Shown in pieces: positions 44,251-54,986 of a DNA stretch of 64,000 nucleotides. The stretch's first letter is position 1; the number at the start of each line of letters is the position of its first letter. A model generated the notes under the pieces. It searched no databases, was not told the DNA's origin, and worked only from the letters and a program-made list of their open reading frames with translations. The DNA lies in NCBI GenBank assembly GCA_963793425.1, contig CAWCAG010000001.1:128001-192000 (forward strand), written 5' to 3'. The translations under genes were made by a program, and so were the position numbers. This DNA is from an uncultured cyanobacterium (GTDB lineage: Bacteria; Cyanobacteriota; Cyanobacteriia; Cyanobacteriales; CAWCAG01).

Positions 44251-44271
44251 TTATAGTAACTTTTACCAAAA
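44251..44271. promoter_or_regulatory. Candidate NrtR operator
   Basis: TTATAGTAACTTTTACCAAAA, imperfect 21-bp palindrome with GT-N7-AC core, 30 bp upstream of pncB. Confidence 0.7.
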
Positions 44272-44402
44272 TTGTCTGGTTGCTAATTGCTAGTTGCTAC
44301 AATCTTCGGGGGTAAAATATAAAACTAAGAACATGACAGGAGAAGAAGCGATCGCCGCGTACTCATCCTTATTAGAAAAACAATAAGCTAAGACGCATTT
44401 AT

Positions 44403-45776
44403 CAAAACAAAAAAAGGTTTAAAACCCCGCCGTTTTAGGGCGGATTAGTTAATTTTTTCAGGTACAATAAACATAATTTGCCAATAGCAACTGTTGCAAC
44501 CAACATGAAAGCTAGATACAGATACAGATTTTACCCAACAAATGAGCAGAAAACAAAACTAGCTCAACTATTTGGCTGTATCCGCATCGTCTGGAACGAT
44601 GCTCTGGCACGATGCAAAAACTTAGGTAAAGCCTTAAACTACAACAAACTATCTAGCCTGTTAACCATAGCCAAAAAGAGTGAAGAAAGAAAGTGGCTAA
44701 GAGATGTATCAGCAGTCCCCTTACAACAAACCTTAAGAAACCTAGCCACAGCCTACAGAAACTTCTTCAACTCATGTAAAGGTAAAAGGAAAGGTAAAAA
44801 AGTCTTACCACCAAGATTCAAAAAGCGGAGTAATCAACAAAGTGCAGCATTTACAAAATCAGCCTTCTCAATGGAAGGGCAACAAGTTTACCTAGCTAAA
44901 ATTGGCAACATTAACCCTATACTCTCAAGAGAACTTCCCTCAACTCCCACCTCTCTAACAGTAATCAAAGGTAGTGCGGATAGATACTTCATAAGCTTCG
45001 TAGTTGAAATACAACCACAAAACTTACCTAAGTGTGAAACCAGTGTAGGAATAGACTTAGGAATAATAGACTTTGCCACATTAAGTAATGGAGAAAAAAT
45101 TAAAGCCCCAAAACCCTTAAAAAAGAAACTAAAGAAGCTCAGAAAACTACAACGTAACCTTGCCAGAAAGACGAAAGGTAGTAAGAGACGAGAATTAGCT
45201 AGAAGGAGAGTAGCCAAGCTTAACGCCAAGATAAAAGACACCAGAACAGATTTTCTACATAAGCTGTCAACTAGGATAATTCGTGAAAACCAAACGATAA
45301 TCTTAGAAGATTTAAACGTATCGGGAATGGTTAAAAACCGTAAGTTGTCCCGTGCAATTAGTGATTTAGGATGGCGTAGTTTCAGAACTATGTTAGAAGC
45401 CAAAGCGCTAATGTATGGTAGAGAATTTAGGGTAATTGATAGATGGGAACCAACATCACAAAGATGTCATGAGTGTGGTTTCAGAGGCGGCAAAAAAGCG
45501 GATGCGACCCCGCGTCGGCGTAAGACGCAAGGGAACGCGCACCAAGTAGAACTTTCTATTCGAGAATGGACTTGCTTAAATTGTGGTGCAGTTCATGACA
45601 GAGATGTTAACGCCGCCATAAATATAAAAGTCGCGGGGGGACACCCTGAGACTCTAAACGGACGCGGAGGCAGGTGTAAGACTACAACCGTAGCAACAGC
45701 CGTAGAAACGTCAACTATCCAGTTAGAATTGTTCTAATTGGAATCCCCGTACCTTCTAGGTCGGGGAGGATGTCAA
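44403..45776 (+). mobile_element. IS200/IS605-family tnpB-only (IS1341-type) element
   Basis: Left subterminal hairpin CCGCC-gttttag-GGCGG at about 44427-44443; right hairpin TCCCCG..CGGGGA ending GGATGTCAA at 45776; no tnpA; left boundary approximate. Confidence 0.8.
44505..45737 (+). CDS. tnpB: RNA-guided endonuclease TnpB
   Basis: YRYRFYPT, FGCIRIVWN, RuvC GIDLG / ILEDL / DRDVNAAINI, zinc ribbon CHECG..CLNCG. Confidence 0.95.
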   Translation: MKARYRYRFYPTNEQKTKLAQLFGCIRIVWNDALARCKNLGKALNYNKLSSLLTIAKKSEERKWLRDVSAVPLQQTLRNLATAYRNFFNSCKGKRKGKKVLPPRFKKRSNQQSAAFTKSAFSMEGQQVYLAKIGNINPILSRELPSTPTSLTVIKGSADRYFISFVVEIQPQNLPKCETSVGIDLGIIDFATLSNGEKIKAPKPLKKKLKKLRKLQRNLARKTKGSKRRELARRRVAKLNAKIKDTRTDFLHKLSTRIIRENQTIILEDLNVSGMVKNRKLSRAISDLGWRSFRTMLEAKALMYGREFRVIDRWEPTSQRCHECGFRGGKKADATPRRRKTQGNAHQVELSIREWTCLNCGAVHDRDVNAAINIKVAGGHPETLNGRGGRCKTTTVATAVETSTIQLELF

Positions 45777-45796
45777 AGGCTGAATCATAAACTAAA
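45630..45796 (+). ncRNA. Predicted TnpB omega/reRNA (scaffold overlapping the tnpB 3' end, guide from flank 45777 onward)
   Basis: Inferred from established TnpB architecture; GC-rich tnpB tail and right-end hairpin; 5' boundary uncertain. Confidence 0.5.
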
Positions 45797-45910
45797 GATT
45801 ACAACTAGCAGCAATCCCCCTAGAGGGGATGTTACCCTAAAGGTAATTGTAGGTACATAAAATAAATTTCCTACACCTAAAATCTTGCACGCTATTATAA
45901 GGAGTAGGGC

Positions 45911-47038
45911 ATGGTTGCTAGCCCAGAAAAGGTTCAACAAACAGACAGAGTAATGGATAACAGCGATAATGTTGCTGTGTTACTCATGGGTTATGGTGAA
46001 GTAGAAAGCTATGAAGACTTTGCTAACTACAACGAACAAGCCTTAAACTTACTCACTGCTAAGTTTGCTCCAGTACCTACTTGGATTTATCCACCTCTGG
46101 CTAAGCTTTTGGCTTTGTTTGATCTCCATGAGTGGAGTCATCAACATGGTAACTTTATTTCTCCCCATAACAAAATTTTTGAGGAACAGCGAGCCGGAAT
46201 TGAAAAAAATCTCCAAGGGACTTGGGGGGATCGCGTGAAGGTTTTTAAAGCTTTCAATTTCTGCGCCCCCCATTTACCAGACCAAGTTTTAACTCAAATC
46301 AAGGAAGAAGGTTTCACCAAGCTACTAATTTATCCTCTTTTGGTAGTTGATTCTATTTTCACTAGCGGTATTGCCGTAGAGCAAGTTAATGATGCTTTAA
46401 CTAAGCTAGCTGAAGGAGAGGAGCATTGGTTAAAGGGAACTCGCTATATTCCTTCTTTCTATGATGAACCAGCTTATATCAAATTGTTGGGGCAAATGGT
46501 AGAAGAGAAAATTCAAGAAGAATTGGCTCAAAGTCATTTACCTTCGCAAATTGGCATCATCTTGATGAATCACGGCTGCCCTCACAAAGCGAAAGGCTTC
46601 ACCTCTGGTATTGAGGAAAGTCAGGCTTTGTATGAGTCGGTACGTTTGGAGTTAATTAATAAGTATCCTCTCATTTCTGTCGGTTGGCTTAACCACGACA
46701 CCCCCTTAATTGAATGGACGCAGCCTAATGTAGAGTTGGCAGCTAAGAATTTAATGGGCTTGGGGGCTAAAGCTATCGTGATGATGCCCATCGGTTTTGC
46801 CACAGAAAATCATGAAACGATCTTAGATGTGGATCATATTATCCACCATCTCCAACACAAGCGTTCAGATGTGGCTTTTGTACAAATGCCTTGTGTCAAT
46901 GAACGTCCTGATTTCTTGAAAATGGCAGCAGATTGGGCTGATGAAAGCATTAAGGCTTTGTTAGAAGAAGAGGCGATGGCGGTTAACCCCAGTTTAGGAG
47001 CTGCTACTTCCCATCACCATCATCACCACCATAATTAA
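45911..47038 (+). CDS. Ferrochelatase-family (class II chelatase) protein without CAB tail, His-rich C-terminus
   Basis: VLLMGYG, YPL, NHGCP, EWTQP, PIGFATENHET..DVD; ends HHHHHHHN. Confidence 0.8.
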   Translation: MVASPEKVQQTDRVMDNSDNVAVLLMGYGEVESYEDFANYNEQALNLLTAKFAPVPTWIYPPLAKLLALFDLHEWSHQHGNFISPHNKIFEEQRAGIEKNLQGTWGDRVKVFKAFNFCAPHLPDQVLTQIKEEGFTKLLIYPLLVVDSIFTSGIAVEQVNDALTKLAEGEEHWLKGTRYIPSFYDEPAYIKLLGQMVEEKIQEELAQSHLPSQIGIILMNHGCPHKAKGFTSGIEESQALYESVRLELINKYPLISVGWLNHDTPLIEWTQPNVELAAKNLMGLGAKAIVMMPIGFATENHETILDVDHIIHHLQHKRSDVAFVQMPCVNERPDFLKMAADWADESIKALLEEEAMAVNPSLGAATSHHHHHHHN

Positions 47039-47056
47039 AGAGAAAAACTTTAATTA

Positions 47057-47103
47057 GAAAAGCGCCTGGGAGTCTTGCCATGTTTCGACCCCAAGCGCTT
47101 TTC
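47057..47103. terminator. Stem-loop between convergent genes
   Basis: GAAAAGCGCCTGGG...CCCAAGCGCTTTTC. Confidence 0.55.
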
Positions 47104-47174
47104 ATTTGTAACTCCTCACACTGCGACCAGTATAGACCATAATTGATAATTTGACAAGACTTCTGCAAAAAATA

Positions 47175-50100
47175 TTACGCTTCCCCACTCTTTCTGATAG
47201 CTATTTGCTGATAAAAAGCTTCTAAACCTTGAACACAACTATGATCATCGTAGAGAGATTTTTTGTGATTATTGATTTTTTCTTGAATAGTTCCTCGCCA
47301 AGAAGCATTTAATCCTAACTTAACTGCTATTTCTAGATATTCCTCTTCTGTTTTCGCAATGGTTTCTGTAACCTTAATCATCTTTAAAAAACTATCTGTA
47401 TGACGACCTCGCATAAATTCTGTGGGCAAAGTTACAATGGGTAAATTGCAGGCGATCGCTTCTAAACTAGTATTACCTCCTGACCAAGTTATGGTATCTA
47501 AATAAACATCAGCTAGTAAGTTAATATTCAAATAATTAGCCCGTCCAGGAATCTTACGAAAAACGCAATAATCTTCGTAATCTAAACTTACTTCAGCAAA
47601 GGCACGTTTTAACCTCGGTTTGAGTAATTCTCCCCGTAAGAAAAGAAACCTTGCTTGAGGAACTTTCTGGGCAATGCTTGGGAAAATATAATCGTATTGA
47701 GGTAAGTATTTAAAAGGTGCTTGACAACAAAGATAAATAATTGTCTCTTCTTCTAAATCATAATCTGCCCTGGTTTTACTAACAGGAGGAATATAAGGTT
47801 GAGGGTAAGCAACTCCAATATTCGGTAAACGAATTAGGTTTTCTGAATAATGTTCTTGGGCAGTTTCTACTTCCATTAACTCGCTAGACAAGAAGTAATC
47901 AATAGTTGGTAAACCCGTCGTTACCGGATGCCCCCAAGCTACACATTGTTTAGGGGCAAGGCGCAATCCTGCCATAGCCATTGTCGGGGCATCCATACCT
48001 ATTTCTGGGTAAATAAGAATGTGCAGTTGATCATCAATTATTTGTTGACAAGTTGCTTCTATGTTATGAGCAATATGATGAAAAACATCACTATATTCTT
48101 TAAATTGTTCTGTTACCCCGTCAGGGCTATTTCCTGTGTAGTAACAGTGAATTTCGAATTTAGTGGCGATTGCAATAACGCAACCAACCTGTTAACCAAA
48201 GAGTGCCGCTATAGGAATGTAAATAAGCAGAAACATAGCCAATGCGAATCTTCTGATTATTTTCAACAGGAAGCAGAGTTTTTTCCTCTACCCACTGAGG
48301 ATAATTAGCCCCCATGATGCGATGCACCAAGTTACCATACTGAATTTGCAATTCAACATCATTTTGCGCTTGATAACCTAGGTGAAAATTAGTTAGACGA
48401 CACACTCCAGCTAAAGCTTCTTGTTTTTGTTCAGGGGTTTCTAATTCTGTTTGTTCGATTAATTGTTGTAAGCCACTAATGTAGCGTTGGCGATAATGAT
48501 TAATCTCTGTTTCGCTATCGTAAACACTTGGTACAAGCAAGTATTTCAGAATAGTAAATGTGTAATTGCTTAGAAGCAATTCCGAAGCTTTTTGGGCATA
48601 CTTAATAGCCTCTTTAATATCCCAATTTCTTTGCAATTCAATTATTAAAGGAAAGTATAAGCTACCTTCTTGAGGAAAAACTTCAATACCAGACTTCAAA
48701 GTAGTGATGTATTTATTTAACTGCCCTTTCTGTCGCCAACATTCACCTAAGTGTAAATAAACTTCTGGGGTGGCATTTTGAAGTTGAACCACTTTCTCAT
48801 AAGACTTGATGGCAGCTTGATATTGTCCTTGATAAAATAGTTTTTCAGCTAAATTCAAATTAAAATATTGATCATCGAGATTTTGCAGTTCGCTCAGTTG
48901 ATAAGTAGGAATATGTTTAACAACTGTCTTTCCCTTACTTTCTAAAACAATTTGCCCATGAAGATAAGCAACTAATAGTGACCATTGACTATTATCTAAT
49001 TCAGGAACGATAACAATTTCTGGCCCTTCTGTAACTTCTAATTCTTCCTCCATAAAAAGATTCATTGCTACGCTTGCAAGTACAAGATTAGCTTCATCTT
49101 CGGGAATGTCAGCAATATCGATTAAAAGATTTATTTGAGCCTTTTGAGGATGAGTTACTAAACTTGCGATCGCACTAGATAATTCCGTTAGGAGAGATGC
49201 TTCTTCTTGTTGCCAGTTAGGGGAAATAATTAAGTTGATTTCTCCTAATTTAATTAATTGCCAACTTCCTTGCTTTAGTTGAACTGCTCTTAATTCATGA
49301 AGATTATCAACTATTGAAACTTGCAAATCTTCTATAGTTGCTTCTGAATCTTCTAATTTCAAGCTAATTTGACCATGAAGCTGAGGTAACAGATTTTCCC
49401 ACTGAAGATTACTTAACTTACTAACTAAAGATACTTTGATGTCTTCAGTAATATCTAAATCTTCTTCCATTAAAAGATTCATCGCTACTCCAGACAAAAA
49501 GAGGTTAGCATCTTCAGTGGAAATATTACCTCCATCAACCAAAAGGGTGATATGGCTTTTATCCGGATGAGTTGCTACAGCTTTTAACACTTCTGTTAAT
49601 TCTAAGCCTAATTCTTCTTCTGGCTGCGACCAATCAGGGAATATAATTAGATTAATATCGTTGAGATTTAAAGGTAAAAGAGTAGCAGCAACTAAAGCTG
49701 AACTCACCTTATCTGCCATCTTTGACCAAGAAAACTTCTTAGCTTGGGCAATACCTTCGTTAATCAAAGAGTTTCTAACAGCAGGTTTCTGCACTTCACA
49801 AAAAGCATTTGCCATCTCTTCAATATTATTTGCATCAACGTAAATAGCTGCTTCTCCCGCCACTTCAGGAATCGAAGCATTAGGGCAAGTAATAACCGGA
49901 CAACCACAAGCCATTGCTTCTACAATTGGTAAACCAAAACCTTCATATTTAGAAGGATAAACTAAAGCAACTGCACCACTATAAGCTAACCTTAATTCCT
50001 CATCCGTAAGTTGCAACAGATGAACAGTAATTCCCGCGTGAAATTTCTCAATTCTGCTGGTAAAAATCCTCCACTTCCTGTACAAACTATCTCAAATCCT

Positions 50101-51785
50101 TGTTTACTATTTAATTGATTAAAAGCTTGGAAAAATAGAGGTGCATTTTTATAGCTACTAGCTATACCTACAGCCATAAAATAAGGTTTATTAATGCCAT
50201 ATTTAGCTTTAAAACTATTTATTTCGGCTAAACTTGCTGGGGAAAAATTACTATCAACTCCACAATGAGCTACGGTTATTGATTCTAAAGATATATCAGG
50301 AAAACACTTCGCTAAATCAACTGCTGTATTTTCTGAAATTGAAATATAACCTGAAGCGTGTTCAATTCCTTTATGTTTCTCTCGCCACATCGGTTCTTCA
50401 AAATTAGCCCCTAATACTTCAGGAATCATGTCATAAGCCATAAAGACTGAAGGGGTAGAAAGAGGAGTTGTGTAGTAAGTAGAAATAAATAAGTCTGCAC
50501 CTTCTTCATCGCAGATTTGTTGCAACATTTCCCTATCAATTTCTGTTTCTTTATAATTATAAGCTGGTGAAATTCTATAGTTAATACCAGGTATATCAGG
50601 AGAAGTTCCTGCTCTATCTAAAACTAAAATATGATTAACAACATTTTTTGCCCATACTGATAGTAAAGATTTCCAAACACGAGCAATTCCAGTTTTGTAA
50701 AGTTGAAAAAAGACACCATCTATTATTATTGTTGGTTGAGCGTGAGGCTTAAATATATTCTCTAGATAATTTTTGATTGAATGAGCATCTCGCTTGCGTT
50801 CGTAACGCAGATTAGAGGTTAAGTCAGGAGTATATTGGCAATCAATAAATATTAATCCTTGGGCAGAAAAAAGCAAATTCCAAGGACATATATCTGCTAC
50901 ATTTTCTTGCTTGTCAAGATAGTTAAGTTGTTGCTCTACTTGGCTCATTAAAGTATCCTGGTCAGCAAAAATGATGCTGCCAATCTTTGTAATATCATAA
51001 ACCAACCAGCCGGGTTCTAAATCTATGCTTTTATTTAAGTGAGTTTTGTAAAGAGTAGCTTTTTCTCCATCGCTCTTGAGAACATAATGTCTTGGTTGTA
51101 AGGGGTAATCAATATAAGGAAACAGAGCTTCTCTATAATAATTTGGTGTATTTGCATAATAAAAAGATCGGGTTAAATGAGCATCACAATGAGTACTTGC
51201 TTTATAATCTAATTGATTAAATTCAGGTTTGACTATACTTAATTTGTCTATATTTAGTTGCTCTCTAATGACATCCTTGCCGCATACCCCTGATTCCTCT
51301 GAATGAGGCATTTCTATCAAAAGTGATCGCGAGATTTTGCTCACTTCTGTTAAAAAATCACTGGCATTACTCATATGATGCAAAACTGACAAAAGTAGAG
51401 TCATGTCAAAGTAATTGCAAGCAAGAGACGCTCTTTGTAGCCAATCCACTGTAACTACTGAGTTAATTAAAACAACATTTTTTAAGTCCTCTTGAGTTAA
51501 CAACTCTTTTTGTAAGTAGGCATAGCTAGGATTAGCTTCAATGCTCAGGAAAACATTTTGAGGAAATAACTTAGCTAATTGAATAGTAAAAAAACCTACG
51601 TTAGAACCAATATCTAATATCGTTTGCTTAGGTTTAATGTAGGGCTTAATTACTTCTAGTCTTTCCCAATCATTTTTTCTAACTCCTTCTCTAATCAACT
51701 TATCATCTAAATAAATAGACTGATAGACTTCTGGTAACTGCTCAATTAGCCTGTTGATTTTATCTAAATTCTTAGGAATACTCAT
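47175..51785 (-). pseudogene. Multidomain methyltransferase-GT4-TPR-GT41 (O-GlcNAc transferase/SPINDLY-like) gene split by two frameshifts
   Basis: [43 protein letters not shown]; TPRs; KIRIGYVS; YPEIGMD; WGHPVTTG; WSGGNT; frame changes near 50035 and 48163 with continuous coding across both. Confidence 0.82.
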
Positions 51786-51805
51786 TGTCGATAAAAACTA
51801 TAATT

Positions 51806-52333
51806 TTAGCGATCGCTCTCTTCTTTTTCTCCTTCACCTGGCCCCTGCACTTCCTTAAGCTGTGCCAAAAGCTGCTTTAACCTTTCTTCCTCTGGATTTA
51901 ACTCAATCAACTTTTCTAAAGGTTCAACAGCTTTCTGGGGTTCATTGGTTTGTAAATAAACCTCTATCAAACCTTGCAAAGCAAATTGATTTTCAGGATT
52001 AACTTCCAATGCTCTTTTTAAAGGTGTGATCGCCCCTGGGGCATCTTTCATTGCCATTTTGGTTTCTACCAAACCTTTGAGGGCAAATTCGTTTTCGGGT
52101 TCCCTGGCTAAAACTTTCTCAAATCCTTCTGCTTGTTGGGCTAATGTCTCATCTACATCTACTTCCTGACTGGCTGTCGATTCTGGTGCTTCAGAATCAT
52201 TTGTAAAAAGACTACCGAGGGTAAAAAAGGTTGTGCCAACAAAAGCAAAACCGGATAGAATAATCAAAATTCTTGTAATTAGTTTCTTTTCAGACTTAGA
52301 TTTAGACATGGTTAGCTTGAGGCAAGAAGACAA
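51806..52333 (-). CDS. Membrane-anchored TPR protein (start possibly 52309)
   Basis: N-terminal TM, VLAREPENEFALKGL and NPENQFALQGL repeats. Confidence 0.8.
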   Translation of the reverse strand: MSSCLKLTMSKSKSEKKLITRILIILSGFAFVGTTFFTLGSLFTNDSEAPESTASQEVDVDETLAQQAEGFEKVLAREPENEFALKGLVETKMAMKDAPGAITPLKRALEVNPENQFALQGLIEVYLQTNEPQKAVEPLEKLIELNPEEERLKQLLAQLKEVQGPGEGEKEESDR

Positions 52334-52422
52334 AGAGAGCTATGTTTAAAGTTACCCAGTTTAAGCTCAGCAGCGATCTTAAACTGGGTAAACTTTATTT
52401 GTCACTTTAACAAAGTTGAACC

Positions 52423-53220
52423 ATGAGCGTGCAAGCACGTCCTAATTTTCTTCAATATCTCTGGCTTTCTTTGCTTATCCTCTCCGGTATGGTTGCCATT
52501 GGTGTATTACAAATACCGCGTTTGAATACCCTTAAGCAAACTCAAAATCTTTCTCCAGAAACTGCCAAAAAAGAGGTGGAGTCAAATAAAGCTAGTCTCG
52601 ATTTACTACAAAAATTACCCGCTTTTGGGTTTGATAATCTATTAGCTGATTGGGTATTTATTGAATTTTTAGAGTATTTTGGCGATGATGAAGCTCGGCA
52701 ACTTACAGATTATCGCCTTAGTCCAGAGTACTTTGAAATTATTGTTGATCGCGATCCTCGCTTTTTAGATATCTATCCCTTTCTTTCTGCTAGTACTTCC
52801 ATTTATGCAGGACAACCAGAAACTACTGTCGAATTAATAGAAAAAGGTTTAAAATCTCTTTCTCCTCACCAGCAACCCCGTTCCTTTTATGTGTGGCGTT
52901 ACAAAGCAACTGATGAATTACTATTTTTAGGAGATCCTCAAGCGGCCCGCCAATCTTTTCAAAAAGCAGCAGAATGGGCAAGCATTCATCCTGACGAAGA
53001 AAGTCAACAAGTGGCACAAGTTTCTCGCCAAACTGCTCAATTTTTAGAGAACAATCCTGATAGTAAATCGGCACAAGTTAGTGCTTGGGGAATGGTTTTG
53101 CAAAATGCTGTAGATAAAGAAACTCGCGAAGCTGCGGTACTCCGTATTGAAGAGTTGGGAGGGAAAGTAACTGTTTCTGAGCAAGGAGTAGTTGACGTGC
53201 AGTTACCAGAGCAAGATTAA
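52423..53220 (+). CDS. Conserved cyanobacterial hypothetical protein with N-terminal membrane anchor
   Basis: LPAFGFDNLLADW.F..FL.YFGD..AR, DPRF, DELLFLGD, AQVSAW. Confidence 0.7.
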   Translation: MSVQARPNFLQYLWLSLLILSGMVAIGVLQIPRLNTLKQTQNLSPETAKKEVESNKASLDLLQKLPAFGFDNLLADWVFIEFLEYFGDDEARQLTDYRLSPEYFEIIVDRDPRFLDIYPFLSASTSIYAGQPETTVELIEKGLKSLSPHQQPRSFYVWRYKATDELLFLGDPQAARQSFQKAAEWASIHPDEESQQVAQVSRQTAQFLENNPDSKSAQVSAWGMVLQNAVDKETREAAVLRIEELGGKVTVSEQGVVDVQLPEQD

Positions 53221-53281
53221 GTCTAGAAAATAATTTTTTAAACTTTCTGAGTGCAAAATTCAATTTTTTCAGGGATGTCTA

Positions 53282-54823
53282 ATGTACAAATTATTAGCTA
53301 AGTATAAAAACAAGTTTTTATATACTTCTTGTGTATTCATTATCATAGGTTTTGTTGCCTTAGTTGTATTAAATACACTTAATAATACTCTTATAGACCA
53401 TACTGAAGGACATTTACCTACAGTTGCTTGGCTGTTACAAACTGATAACTATCCCCTTTACCATTCTATAGACTCAGCTAAGCGTTATAGCCTTATCTAT
53501 GGTCCAGTTTTGTACCTCACACAAGCGTTATTTCTGCATATTCTTAGCCCAAGTATTTTAGCTGCTAAAGTACCTATTTCTTTAGCATAGATACTGAGCA
53601 TATTTTTTCTATTTCTCTTAGTTTATAAACTAATCAATCTTCAAACTTCTGTAGTAACGACTACTTACATAATTCTAGTCATTATCTGCTTTGGCAATCT
53701 ATATGGCAATATTCTTTTTCAAATTAGGTCTGATTCTTTGATTCTAATGTTAACCTGTTTGTTAACATTAATAACTGCTGTTAAACCAGGAAAATCAACT
53801 ATAGTAGCTGCTATTATAACTATAGGTCTTTGCTTGAATTTAAAGTTTACTTCAATAATATATTTTTTGCCTTTACTTTATCTTATTTATAATCAGCAAG
53901 GTATTTCTTCTGTACTGGTATCTTTAGGTGGAGCATCGCTTTTAAGTTTATTACCGTTTATCCATTCGCAAATATCGCTTTTAAATTATCTTGCTTGGAT
54001 AAAGATAATTAGTAATCATGGTTTAGACTTTAAACAACTAGAAAAAAACGTCGTTTGGGCATTATACTTATTATTTCCTTTTATTCTTCTTATATTTCAG
54101 TTGTACTGTCTCAATATCAGTGAATTCAAGAAAACCATAGTCAAGTATCGAGACTATCTACTTTTATTGTTAGTAAGTATTTTACTGATATCTTTTATTG
54201 CTGCAAAGCCAGGGTCAGGGATTCATCATTTGCTTCCTTTTATACCGTCAATACTCTATGTCTATATTCATTTTTTGAAGAAAACTTTGTTTATTTATTC
54301 AAATCATAAGAAAAAAAAGTCAACTTCTTTCAAAGTAAACATACTTCATTTAATGTTAGCAGTTATTTTTACATTGACTTTCTATCATGGAGGGATAAAA
54401 GGAGTGCTTCTCTGGGAAAAGTTTAATACATCAGGTTCTGCAATAATTGCTGATATAGAAAAAGTAATTGACCGCTATCCAAACACAAATATAGAAATGG
54501 GATACGGAGAAAATAAAGGCTATCCTTTTACTTACTACCGCCCTATTTTAGTTTTCCACGGCAATCCTTATCTAATTGATGCTAATGTTTTAATGGATAT
54601 GAGAAAAGCAGGGATAGATATTAGTAATAAAACTATTGAAGTACTAGACTCTTGCAGCACACAAATTTGGCTAATACCCAAAGATAATCAACCTTTTGCA
54701 CAACCTAGTTATTACGATAACAGTCCCCCTCTATTCAACAAAAAATTTAAACAAGTTTTTTCAGAAAGATATCAACTCCAAGACAAAAGTGAGTTTTTTG
54801 ATCTTTGGTTTTGTCAGGAGTAA
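53282..54823 (+). pseudogene. Polytopic membrane protein (GT-C glycosyltransferase-like) with one premature TAG at 53588-53590
   Basis: ORFs 53282 and 53738 share a frame and the gap between them is stop-free; YGP, RSD, NLK, HHLLPF motifs; very AT-rich. Confidence 0.7.
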
Positions 54824-54986
54824 TTTTAAACCATAAACCATTTCCCCTTTACCCTAAATTGGTTCGACCGAACTTAGAATGTAAGATTAGCAGTTGAAGT
54901 GCCAAGTCAACAAGCTTCTCAGAGAAAAGTTTTCAAAGTTCCTGAATCCGTTAAAAGAGTAAGAACAAATCTTGGTAGTTTCTAGC

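Noticed and set aside
44334..44387. Tiny ORF MTGEEAIAAYSSLLEKQ
   Set aside because: Too short to support; possibly a clipped gene start
44888..45403. 171-aa antisense ORF in tnpB as a possible tnpA
   Set aside because: No HUH/Y1 or serine recombinase motif; shadow ORF
53588..53590. Programmed amber readthrough (pyrrolysine)
   Set aside because: No supporting machinery seen, and TAG is used as a normal stop elsewhere in the window
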